Both the position numbers and the translations under genes were made by a program. Shown here in pieces: positions 1 to 11,574 of a stretch of DNA of 64,000 nucleotides. The stretch's first letter is position 1, and the number at the start of each line of letters is the position of its first letter. Below the pieces are notes generated by a model. It saw only the letters and a program-made list of their open reading frames with translations, was not told the origin of the DNA and ran no database searches. Source of the stretch: the human T2T-CHM13v2.0 reference genome, Homo sapiens; assembly GCF_009914755.1 (NCBI RefSeq), contig NC_060930.1; one strand, 5' to 3'.

Positions 1-992
1 CTGAACTGGAACACTTGTTGGGAGACCAAGGGCAAACTGGATAGATGCTGGGCTGACCTATGTGGTCATCCTAGTGAAGAATCATAAGCTTTATTGGGGA
101 AAGAGCTTTGTGAAGCTGTTTTGGCTGTTCAGAAACCCATCTTGGTTTATGCTTAGATTTTTATCTCCATTTTGGAGAATTCATTGACAATGAACAATAG
201 CTGGGTAAATGATTTGCTTGCCAAAAGATACAAAGATGGGTTGAATTTTATATTTGTAAATGTAGGAACTCCTTTAGATTTTAAGTTATATAAAGCAAGG
301 ATTAGAACTTAGATATTTTTATGTATCTTACAGATTCCAGCTTGAGTTCACAATTAGAACTCAAGTGTTGTGTTATTTGAATAAATCTAATCCTTTGATA
401 TTCTGTTCCTCACAATAGTTACTTTTAGGAGTTGATTTTTCATTCATCCAAAAAATATCAGTTCAACAAAAATTGATTGACAATTTACTAGCTATTTAAA
501 GATATAAAAATCTCCCTATCTTCAGGGGATTCATGATTTCACAGAAGAGTCAGACTTCACAAATGAATTGAAATTAGTGCATGTGATAAATTCAGTAATA
601 GAAAAACATACAAAACATAGAGGAGAGAACAGTTAACTTTCTGGAGGTAGTCAGAGAAAATGGTAGAGATAACCATTTCTGTGTAATATATTAAAGAACA
701 AATAGGCATTCATAAGCTGTAAAAGGGAATAGATCGTACCAGGCAGGAGGAAATACAGAGCTACAAAGGGAGGTTTGCAGGACTATGAGTAATTTTGTAC
801 AACTAGATTATTAATCTATGGGTGGTTGTTGAAGATAAAAAAGACTAGAGACTAATTATTTACAGTTTAGATCTTTAAAACCTTTTAATGTTGTCCTAAG
901 GAGCTTTGTCTTTATTGTGTAGGCTGAGGACCCAATATTGTGCTTCACATATGGAAGAAACCTGGTCCATTTTGCCTTTTAAATATATCAGT

Positions 993-1148
993 CAGTCCTA
1001 GCTACTTGGGAGGCTGAGATGGGAGGATCGCTTGAGCCAAGCAGTTTGAGGTTTTAGTGAGCTATGATCATGCCACAGCATTCTAGCCTGGGAAACAGAC
1101 TGTAGAGTGAGTGTATGTGTGTGTGTGTGAGAGAGTGAGAGAGAGAGA
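993..1148 (+). mobile_element. Partial old Alu (AluJ/FLAM-like) followed by (TG)n(GA)n microsatellite
   Basis: CCTAGCTACTTGGGAGGCTGAGATGGGAGGATCGCTTGAGCC...AGTGAGCTATGATCATGCCAC, then TG/GA dinucleotide run at about 1110-1148. Confidence 0.85.
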
Positions 1149-1795
1149 ATCTCACTCAAAGGCTTAATAAATGAGGGTGATACTGACACAAGATAATCAG
1201 GCTGAACAATAGTCCAGGTGAGAGTTATGTAGGTTTAAACTAGGGCACTAGCAATGGGTAGAGAGTACAGGATAGATTCCAAAGGGATTAGGAATAAAAG
1301 TTGACAGAATTTATGGTGTGGTTGGTTGGGGTGGGGGAGCAGGGGGCTGTGTGGTGAGAGAAAGGACTTTCTCTTTTTCTCCATGAACACAAAGTAGTTA
1401 AGGCATGAAACCTGAGATGTCATATTGTAAGAATTATGCAGAAATGGGGGTTTGTAAAATGTGTGTATATGAGATAAAGATATGAGGGGGCCAAGGGTTC
1501 TGTTAAGAAGTAAAAAAGATTGGGTTCCAGAATGGGCAGGAAAGGAAATGAGATCAGGAACTGGATAAAGGAAAGGAGATGGTCAAGAGATCGTAGGTCC
1601 CCATGAAATTGAAGAGCAGGTGTGGGAATGAGTAGGCTGGAAGAACCAGAGCTTGTGATCTGAGAGTCGGATTAAGATTTCAGAGAGGCAGCAGTTTAGG
1701 TGACAACTAGCTTTAAATGTGATTATAATATTTGGTTGCTGGAGAGTAGATTAATTTCTTCAAATTTAGGATTTAAGGAACTGAAAATTGAGGAT

Positions 1796-1975
1796 GGTGT
1801 TTCTCAGATTGTATTTGAAGGACTAAAGCATGAGTACCACCTGGGGTGAGATTCCTAGGTTTAAACCTATGTCTACTGGCCTAGAATTTCTAAGGAAAGG
1901 GGCTGAGAATATGTATTTCTAACAAGCAATTTCAGTGATTCTGATGAATAGAAGTTGGGACAAGTTTAAGAACCT
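1796..1975. mobile_element. MER5A-like hAT-Charlie MITE
   Basis: GGGGCTGAGAATATGTATTTCTAACAAG..GTGATTCTGATG..TTTAAGAACC resembles the MER5A core. Confidence 0.55.
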
Positions 1976-2408
1976 GTGCAATAGGTGTTGGATGGTTCAT
2001 TTTCAAGGCTATTTAAATAGGCTGATAGTCATGTCAGGAGTTAGGATGAAGAGGATGATCAGTAGTGAAAAGATGACATTAATCCCTTACAGGTGGTGAG
2101 AGAGCAGTTTTAGGGGATTATGGGGTATGTTAAAGTCAGTGTGATAGAGACTTGAAAGAAAAAGTAATGATGTTGGAGCAGTAAATTGTCTCCTCCTGTC
2201 CTATATATAGGGAGTGTATGAAAATGTGCAGTTTTCTGTTTGGCGTAGGCTGCAGCAAGGAAATGAACATAGCCTTCTTTGATGCCATTGAAGTTGTAGG
2301 CTCCTTGAAGTTGGTGAAAGGGTTGAGAGGAAAGTCAAAATAGTGGAGTCCATTTCATCTAAAGTCAGAGTAAAACAAAAAGGTTACTTAGAAACCTTGT
2401 TTAGTCAG

Positions 2409-2829
2409 TATATTAGGCAGTGTTCTCTAGAGGGACAGAACTAATAGAATATATATATGAGTTTATTAAGTATTAGCTTACACGATCACAAAGTCCCACA
2501 ACAGGCTGTCTGCAAGGAGCAAGGAGAGCTAGTCCGAGTCCCAAAACTGAAGAACCTGGAGTCTGATGTTCGAGGGCAGGAAGCATCCAGTACAGGAGAA
2601 AGATGTAGGCTGGGAGGCTAGGCCCATCTTTCTTTTTCACATTTTTCTGCCCGCTTTATATTCACTGGCAGCTGATTAGATTGTGCCCACCAGATTAAGG
2701 GTGAGTCTGCCTTGCCCAGCCCACTGACTCAAATGTTAATCTCTTGGCAACACCCTCACAGACACACCCAGGATCAATACTTTGTATCCTTCACTCCAAT
2801 CAAGTTGACACTCGGTATTAACCATCACA
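2409..2829 (-). mobile_element. MLT2A-type (ERVL) solo LTR
   Basis: Minus strand begins TGTGATGGTTAATACCGAGTGTCAACTTGATTGG. Perfect 5-bp TSD GTCAG at 2404-2408 and 2830-2834. Confidence 0.9.
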
Positions 2830-3189
2830 GTCAGTTACTTTTGAAAGTTCTCTGATTTTAAAACAAATTGTTTGTTCTGTTAAACATTTGGTAGGATAAG
2901 TCAGCTTGTATTTAGGGGCCACATAATGGCATTAAGAATATGTTTCTTTAAACACTAGAATCTTAAGATACCGTAGGGAGATAGATGCCCATAGTATGAG
3001 AGCCACATGGAAATAAAAGAAGATTGAAGTCTCCTCTATCTTGTGTTTACTGTGAGATCTATCATTTCTTTAGTTATCATGTGTTCTTGATTATTCTGTG
3101 TAATATGATGTGCGTCCTGTAGTGGACATGGTGAGGTGGAGATGGAAATACTAAATGAGAAGAAAGAAGATTAATGACTGAGATGGTAC

Positions 3190-5078
3190 AGGTTTTTAAG
3201 AGTACAATTCCATGTAGTTAATTTCATTTACAATGTTATGCAACTATCACCATTATAGATTTTCCACAACTTTTTTTTAGCATTACAAACAGAAACTCTG
3301 TACCCATTAGGCAATAACTCTCCACTTTCCTTCCTTCACTCTCTGGTAACTTCTGATACCTTCTGCTTCTATGAATTTGCCTATTCTTGATATTTCATGT
3401 AAGTGGAATCATACTTTTCTGTATGTGGCTTATTAGTATGTTTTCAAGGTTCATCTATATTGTAGCACATATTTCTTTTTATTACTGAATAATGTACTGT
3501 TGTATTTATAGACCACATTTTGTTTATCCATTCATCTGTTGGTAGATACTTGAATTGTGTCCACCTTTTGCCTAATATTTCCGCAGTGAATATTGGCATA
3601 CAAGTGTCTGAGAACCTCTTCAATTCTATTGCTATATCCCTGGGAGTGGCATTGCTGTGTTAGCTTTTTGAGGAAGCAACAAATTATTATTCACAGCAGC
3701 TACACCCTTTTACCTTCCTACCAGCAGTTTTCAAAGGTCCTATTTTTCTACATCCTCACCAACACTTATTATTTTTCCCTTTAAAAAAGTTGTAGCCTCC
3801 TTATAGATGTATCATTGTGATTTTGATTTACATTTCCCTAATTACTAATAATGTTAAGGATCTTTTTGTGTGTTTATTGGCCATTTGTGTATCTTCTTTA
3901 AGTTCTTTACTCATTTTTTGCTCACTTTTTAATTGGTTTGTCTTTGTTGTTGAGCTGCAGTTCTTTACATATTCTGGATATTAAACCTTTATCAGATACA
4001 TGATTTGCCAAGATACTCTCCCATTCTGCAGTTTGTCTTTTTATTTTCTTAACAGTGTCTTTTGATGCACAAAAATTTTAAACTTATATAAAGCCCAATT
4101 TATTTCCTATGTTTCTCATGCTTTTGATGTCATATCTAGGAATCCATTGCAAATCTAAGGCCATGAAGATTTGCTCCTGTGTTTTCTATTAAGAGTTTTA
4201 TGGTTTTATTTCTTATATTTAGGTTATTGATTCATTCTGAGTTAACTTTTATATATAGTATACGGTAGAGGTCCAGCTTAATTATTTTGCATGTGGAAAT
4301 CCAGTTGTCCCAACAACATTAGTTAGAGGTGCCTGTTTTCCCCCATTGAGTAGACTTGACACCCTTTTGGAAAATCAGTTGGCTATTGATGTATGAGTTT
4401 ATTTCTGGACTCTCAATTCTATATCATTGGTGTATTTATCTATCCTATGCCAGCACCAAACTGTCTTGTTACCTTAGCTTTGTAGTAAGTTTTGACATTG
4501 GATTTTTCAAGATTGGGTTACTTAGGGTCCTTTGCAATTCCATATGAATTTGAGGATTGCTTTTCCATTTCTGCAAAAAAGGTTGTTGGAATTGTGATAG
4601 GAATTATGTTGAATCTGTAGATCACTTTGGGTAGTATTGTCATTTTAATATGTTAAGTCTTCCAATCCATACATCACTTGTCTATTTACTTAGCTCTTCT
4701 TTAATTTCTTTCAGTAATGCTTTATAGTTTTCTGTGTACAAGTCCTTCACCTCCTGGGTTAAGTTGATTCCTGGCTATTTTATTCCCTTAGTTACTTTAT
4801 GAATGAACTGTTTTCTTGATTTCTTTTTTGGATTGTTGTCTCCTGGTGTATCAGAACACAACTGATTTTTTTGTGTGTCAAACTTGTAACCTGCAACTTT
4901 GCTGAATTTGTTTATTAGCTTTCTTGGGGATTCTATGAGATCTTCTATCTAGAGAGAATAGACATAGTTTTACTTCCTCCTTACCCGTCTGTATGCCTTT
5001 ATCTCTTTTCCCTAATTTGCTCTGCTAGAACTTACAGTCATGTTGAATAGCAGTGGTAAAAGCATGCATCTTGTCTTT
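3190..5078 (-). mobile_element. L1M (L1MB-like) 3' fragment, antisense
   Basis: T-rich reverse complement of L1 ORF2 C-terminus and 3' UTR (e.g. TTTATCCATTCATCTGTTGG, TGTTGAATAGCAGTGGT). Confidence 0.85.
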
Positions 5079-5183
5079 AATTTTTCCCACTTTTAAGATA
5101 AAGTTTTCCACTGAATTTTTTGAAAGGATTATACATAATTAACTGATTCTCTTGATCTTAATTACTCTTTTTTTCTTTTGCAG

Positions 5184-5293
5184 CACAAAGAATGAACCAG
5201 CAGTGGAAGAGAAAATACTGTAAGCTGGCTGACTGCTGGTGAAGAAAATGCTTTATTTTTGTGGCAGGCATCTGTGGGATCTGTAATAGAAAT
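5184..5293 (+). other. RNF146: RNF146 5'-UTR exon ending in the AT of a split start codon
   Basis: Acceptor CTCTTTTTTTCTTTTGCAG (to 5183) and donor AAT|GTAAGT (5294). Joining to G at 11574 gives AT|G ATG GCT = Met-Met-Ala, matching the 359-aa isoform N-terminus as I recall it. Confidence 0.85.
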
Positions 5294-7169
5294 GTAAGTG
5301 TAGCATCATGGTTTTTTTCAGTGCTGCAGTAAATTAAATGGATTGGTTTAACGTGTGGTAAATTGAGTATCTGTCATATGTAGTTTTAATTATATTAAAT
5401 GAGCATTTTCTTTTGACTTATAGGTGCTTTATTAACAATTTATTTACATTAAGTTATCGTTAATGTAGATTTCCAAGTCTCCTCAAAAGGAAAAGTCTCT
5501 ATAAGAAAAACTGAAGACACAGGAGTTTGCTCAAAGAATGCTGAAATAGATCTCCAGGTCCTCTGGGTTCTACCTTCTTTTTACATAATAATTTTCTTAA
5601 ATAACTAAGCTAGGCAAGTAGTACTAGCTTTTGTAAATAAGACAGACTACTAGGTTATAAAAACTCTAGTTACTAAAAACTTGTTTCACTAAATTAAAGG
5701 AATTTCTACATAATTGATTTTTTTAATGTAATAATACATCACTGCATTTTATTCATATCACTTCACTCTGATCCCCAGTTTTACTAGTTGTGCTTTCATC
5801 ATTTATCTTTGCATGATATGCTTTAAAGTGTTACACACTACCTTGGATTTGTCCATATTTAACTTCACCGTATTGATGAAACATTTTTCACTATGAATAT
5901 ATTTCTGTTTTCTAAATTCATATAAGCCCTATGCAACTTGATGTCATTCATGAAAAATGTAGTGAATATTTTATTGACTTTTAATTACAGTGTTTTTCTT
6001 ATTAGAGCAAGAGTGACCTTGGTAGATGCTATTTCACATTTTCCCAGTTTGACATAAAACTCTTGCTTTCTACTCTTCCAGTATGATACTGGTTACATGT
6101 AATGATATGTATTAACAATAATTAATTTATTATTAAAAGTATGACCATATTATTTTTATTCAGTATTGAAAATTTGATAATTGAAAAATGATACTAATAA
6201 GCATTTGTCTTTAAAAATATATATTTTATTTAATCCTGTCCATTTATCTATCTGTATACATTTTTTAAAATCTTAATAGGTCAGATAGTCTAGGTGCTGG
6301 TCATCAAGGAACTTACTGTGATCCAGTAAATGAGACATGTATGTAATTAACAAACAGTGGAATAGATGCCATATTAAGGTAACAATCAGATGCTATTGAA
6401 ACTGAACAGAGGAAGAGATTAATTTCATCTGAAGGGTTCAGAATGAACAGAATAAGTTTCACCTTGCCTTCAAAGAATGAGTAGAATTTTAACAGTCAAA
6501 GAAAATTAGGAAATATTTTTCAAGCCAAGGGAATGAGGAGGGAAACAGCTGCCTAATCATCAACACATTTTAGAGGAGTCAGGGAACAGTAATATGTGGG
6601 AAGGCAGGGTAGGAGAAAGAGACTTCAAAATAAGTGCAGGGAGTGAACATTTATTTAGTACTTACTATATTACCAGATTTTACATTTATTTAACATACAA
6701 TCAATCTTAATTGATTTTGATACTTAGGGACAGAGTATATTGATCAGTCTTGGAGGAGTTAGGGGACAGTACTTACTAGATGTTGAGGGGTTAGCTTTGT
6801 AAACAAGTAGCAGTACCCCATATTGAGCCAGGAGGAATAATGATAAGACAGTAAAGGTAAAGATAGATTTTCAGGATTTATTTTTGACTTACCTAATTTC
6901 TCAGTGATACAGGTGTTAGTATATCGATAAACTAGGAGGGAGAAGTTTTATGATAGTCTCTGGGGAATAGGGAAAGAAAGATGTCTTGGCCGAGTAAAAG
7001 TTTACTGGGATTGATGGTGTTTAGGAAATCAAAATAGCTATTAAGTGTGTGGGGTTCACAACTTTTGCACCACACAAAAGTGAATTGTATGGTGAAATTT
7101 TTGTCACTTAGAGTAACTTGCTTGATTATTCTTTTTTGCGAATGTCTCCCTTGTTGGCTTTTGTGGTGG

Positions 7170-7760
7170 TGGTCTATCTTTATTTCCTGTTCTTCTCTGA
7201 CCATTCCTTACACCCCTTCCTGGCTATTTTACCTCACAGATATTGGAGTAATTCAAGATTCTGTGGTTGGCCCTTTTGACTGCTCTCTCTACAGGTTTAA
7301 TTTGGGCATTTACTCATTTTCATGGCTCCAAGGACCATGTATGTGTTGGTGAGTCACCAGACTTTTTTCAGCTCAGATTTATTCTTGGAGTATCAAACTA
7401 GTAAATTCAGCTGTCATCTACCTATCTCCACCTGGAGACCTTAATAAAGTCATTATGTCTGAGACAGAACTCTCCTCAAATTCTGAATTTTGGTGAATGT
7501 GTCACCATCCATCAGTAATCAAATGCTTTCATTTCTTTTTCCTTAGCATTCTTCTATTCTATTGTTGGAAACTTACATCAGCAACCTCCCTCTAATTATC
7601 TTATACTTGCATTACTACCTGGATATTCTAGTTTCCCTTTCGCCATACCTCCTCCTGCATTACCAAACTTTCCTCCAACCTGCTGTTCAAATGGTCTGGA
7701 AGCTACTAAACTGGCTGTTATTTCCTGACGTAAAACCTTTCAGTGAACTCCTCTTGTCTC
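7170..7760 (+). mobile_element. L2 LINE fragment (sense)
   Basis: Pyrimidine-rich sequence with L2-like motif CAGCTCAGATTT..CTACCTATCTCCACCTGGAGACC. Confidence 0.6.
7240..7348 (+). other. RNF146: Candidate alternative RNF146 5'-UTR cassette exon (second acceptor possible at 7295)
   Basis: Acceptors TTTTACCTCACAG|7240 and CTCTCTCTACAG|7295. Strong donor TTG|GTGAGT at 7349. Confidence 0.5.
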
Positions 7761-9735
7761 ATTAGTGGTTCATATGTGGACCAGCTTCATAGAAATCCTT
7801 AAGCCCCTTGAAATTATATGTAGGATTGTTCCCTTTTTGTGTGTCTGTAATTGGATTCTAAATTCAGACTTTAAAAATCTGATTTTTAATATTTGGAGTT
7901 TTTATTGCAAGCTAAAAATTTCTTGAATACTACACATACTAAAGATCTTTTTTGCTTATAATAATTTTGCCTTTCATTTGACTAGTTGTCCAAGAAGTTT
8001 CAAGGAAATCTGAGTTCTTGGAGATTTCCACTAACTCTGCCCATACCCCTCTATATTTTGTCTTCTTGAGAAGAAGACTTAGTATTAATAGACTCTTATT
8101 AGTCTGGCAGAAATATTTCACATGGTTTATCTATTGGAAGAAGGGGATTTATACTTAAAAGTTGGAATATCACATGAAGAATTCAGTAAAAACGTCTTTG
8201 AAAGTAAATGATGTATTATACTTATTAATAGAATTGGACTAACGTCACTCCAAATTTCTGTGTATTAAATTCTTAGTTTAGTAAACTGGAAATAAATTCC
8301 CTTTTTCAAAATTAGAATTTTCTGAGACATTTATGAGATAGGGAATACCTCTTTTGATTAGCATTAATACTTGCTCTACACAAAGGGAGGGGAAAAGCTT
8401 TCTTATTTACATATTGGTATGATCATCTGCATACATTTAGTCTCCCACCTATTTTAAGATCATTGGAACTGCAAAACAGAGACTGTGTAGGGTAGATTAA
8501 AATGGTTTTTTAAAAAGCCTTGAAGTATGTCTTATAGGTAGACTAGCAGTTTGGGGTTACTTTGTGTCTATCTTGTTACACATTTTATCTCTATCTTACT
8601 TATTGCATGTGCCTCATTCAGAATTAAATAAGAAATATCACTAAGTTTTTCTGCCCATTTGTTAGTTGGTGATAGACTAACAGTATACTTGATGGGCTAA
8701 ACAGAATCAGAATTTATAAATTGCTATGGCAAATTGATAGTTAAGAGTGCTTCAGATGAAATAATGACCATTTAGCTGTCTGGTGTCCATTGTTTGCAGA
8801 TTAACTTTGTCCAACTTCACTTCATTCTGATGATGGAACCAAAATACCTGCACAAACAGGATTGTTTTGCCTTTCCAATTATGTTATTATAATTCATGCC
8901 TTCTCCTGGGATGATTGTAATTGCTTTCTTAGTTTTGAAATTATGTGTTTTGGTTTATTCATAAATGCAAGAGTAAGAGTCATGCAAAATATTAATCATA
9001 TTAAGTAGGGTGGAGGATAATGTTTTTAGGTTGGAAACTTTTTTTTCTGTAGATAAACGAGCTGTATGTGATGGAAAACTGACTTCTTGGGCCCATTTTA
9101 CTTAAAGCAAATACAATAGGTTTGGAATTATGTATTTAAAAGCATGGCATTGGTCCACGTGACATGTTGGGTGTCTTGTTTTCATTTTACCAGACTCTGT
9201 TTTTATTTATGTTTTCAGTTTATGATCCTGTCCTTTGTTCATAAGGTACTTAGATGGTTTAAGATGTAGACTTCTTATATGAAGATGTTGCTGTTGTTTT
9301 TCCAAAGTAATGGTGGTCATCAGCCCATTTTTCTATTTAGTCTCATGAATAGAATCATGAGTAGAATCTTTCTTAAATTATTACTTGTAAATGGATCACT
9401 TTCTTGTTTTCTTTTTCTTAATTGGAGCTTTAAATAAATATGGAACTTGGAACAAAAAGATTTTCAGGAATTTTATGGAAACTAACTTTTTTGACCTAAA
9501 TCGAAAGGGATGAAAGTTTCTGAAAACCTAACAAAATGTGTGCACAGCCAATTCTTTTAGGGGAGGAAATAGGCAGGGAATGTGTAATTGGCTATTTTAA
9601 AAACATATGCCTTCTTTTGTAACTTATTGTTGTTTCAAGTTACAAGATCTTTGAAGGCAAGTGTTTATCTCAAAATATTTGAAAGCTTTTATAGTGCTTA
9701 ACATATTAAGACGTCCTATTAGGGTTTACTTAGAA

Positions 9736-9942
9736 CAAGCTTATCCAACTTGTGGGCCACATGTGGCCCAGGATGGCTTTGAAAGCGGCCTAACACAAAT
9801 TCATAAGCTTTCTTAAAACATTATGTGATTTTTTTTTTTAGCTTATCAGCTATCATTAGTGTTAATGCATTTTATGTGTGGCCCAAGACAATTCTTTTTC
9901 TTCCAGTGTGGCCCAGGGAAACCAAAAGATTAGACACCCCTG
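9736..9942 (-). mobile_element. MER30 hAT-Charlie MITE
   Basis: Termini CAAGCTTATCCAA...TTAGACACCCCTG. Perfect 8-bp TSD ACTTAGAA at 9728-9735 and 9943-9950. Confidence 0.92.
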
Positions 9943-10539
9943 ACTTAGAACTTTCCATAGGTTAGGAAAAAGTTGTACTTTCTTGATGTCTATAACCTAG
10001 AATTTCTGGTAAAGGAATTGATTGGAAATGTTATTAAAAGTTGAAAATAATTTGGAAATTAAACATTTTAGTGATCAGTTCTTCCATTGAGACTGTGTTG
10101 GTTCCTTTACTAGATATGTGCCATCTTTTTAAAAACTTACTGTGTTGCTTCCTTTACTAGAAAATTGCCATCTTTTTGAGCCTTGTCTATTGAGGAACCA
10201 AGAACACAGAAAAGGCAGTAAAAAGAAAAAAAAGGATTGTTTGAAGATTGAATGTGCTGTGATGATAGCCTAGGATTATTGTTTTTCAATTTTTGATGAG
10301 CGTAAGCATTCTTGTTGACTATATCTTTTGTAACTACTGACCCATTTAGAATGGCAGAATTAGCTGGCAGAGAGATTGTCATTCATTTTAAGCTTCCAAT
10401 CTCTGACATCTTCATCTTTATTTCTCAGTCTTTTTTACTTATCAGTGGTTTACTCCATTATTTTCTCCCCTTTTAAAATGTCTTTTTTTTTTTTTTTTTT
10501 TTTTACCATGGGGAAAAAAATTAGATGTTTCCTTGGCAG

Positions 10540-10925
10540 GGCACAATAACACAATAAGGCTTTCATGACTTAACTTTTGATTACCTTTACACCTTCATCT
10601 CCTGCTCTTCCATTGCTTGTATGACTATTTGACTCAGTGTCTTGCATGTGCTTCTGCCTGGAATCTGCTCCACTGCCCAGCCCCTCTGAATGAACACTAA
10701 ACTTTCTAACCTATGTCCATCCTCTCATCTCTCTCTTACTGTTATTTTAGTAAGTATGTTAACACATTTTGATTACGCAGGAATCAGGCCATATTGTAAT
10801 TATCTGCATGTATGTTTCCTTATTTAACAGAGTAGTTGTGTGTCTTATTTATCTTTAGACCCATCAGTACTTAGTATTGTATCTGGAACATGGCAGGTGT
10901 TTAGTAAATGTTTATCTGAATCAAT
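10540..10925 (+). mobile_element. L2 3'-end fragment
   Basis: Ends in the typical L2 tail GTATCTGGAACATGGCAGGTGTTTAGTAAATGTTTATCTGAAT. Confidence 0.6.
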
Positions 10926-11007
10926 AAGGCAGAAATTATAAATTTTATGTCAGTGTTTAAGCTAGATACATCCAATTTGACAAATCTTTTTTCTTCTTCC
11001 TCTTCAG

Positions 11008-11135
11008 GGGATCTTCAATATTCATGTTATTTTCTCCTTTGGTCTTATATGATTGTTACCTTTATGAAGCTTTAGTGATTACAAAGCACTTTTTTTGTCC
11101 ATTTTTACCTGAGCTTTGTAAACTCTGATTTGCAG
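11008..11135 (+). other. RNF146: Alternative RNF146 5'-UTR cassette exon (128 nt)
   Basis: Long polypyrimidine tract CTTTTTTCTTCTTCCTCTTCAG (to 11007) and donor CAG|GTAAGG (11136). Confidence 0.7.
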
Positions 11136-11574
11136 GTAAGGAAATTTAGACTAATGGTTTAACTGAGTGCCTAAGAGCACATAATTAATAAAGGACTCTA
11201 AAACTCAGATTTTTAGATTTCTTGTCTAGCATTCATTTCACTGTATAATAGCTGCCATGATTCAAGGTATCCTTTTCCCCTCACTGGATGCAGCTTTTCA
11301 TTATATAGTTCTTCAGTGTGTTTCTCCAGGGCTGATCTGTTAAGTGCACTGATGGAATTTTTATACATTCCCAAGGTATGTACAAGTAGATGCTTACAAA
11401 AAATTTTCATCGGTTGGAGAGTTTTTCCTCTACTTTCATCTTCATATCCCCATTGTCTAGTATGTGGCTTGCATATAATGCACATCATAGGTGGTTAGTG
11501 TTTTCATAATTGTTAAATTAAGATATTGCAAGAATTAAAACATGACTTTAATATTATATGTATTTTTTCTTAGG

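Larger units (their letters stand above)
440..2300 (-). mobile_element. Degraded L2 LINE fragments (antisense), interrupted by younger repeats
   Basis: Purine-rich degenerate sequence beginning CATTCATCCA..TTCAACAAAAATTGATTG, resembling the reverse complement of the L2 3' end. Boundaries approximate. Confidence 0.5.

Noticed and set aside
11542-11573. ORF-track N-terminal extension [11 protein letters not shown] of RNF146
   Set aside because: It lies in the intron's polypyrimidine tract upstream of the AG at 11572-11573.
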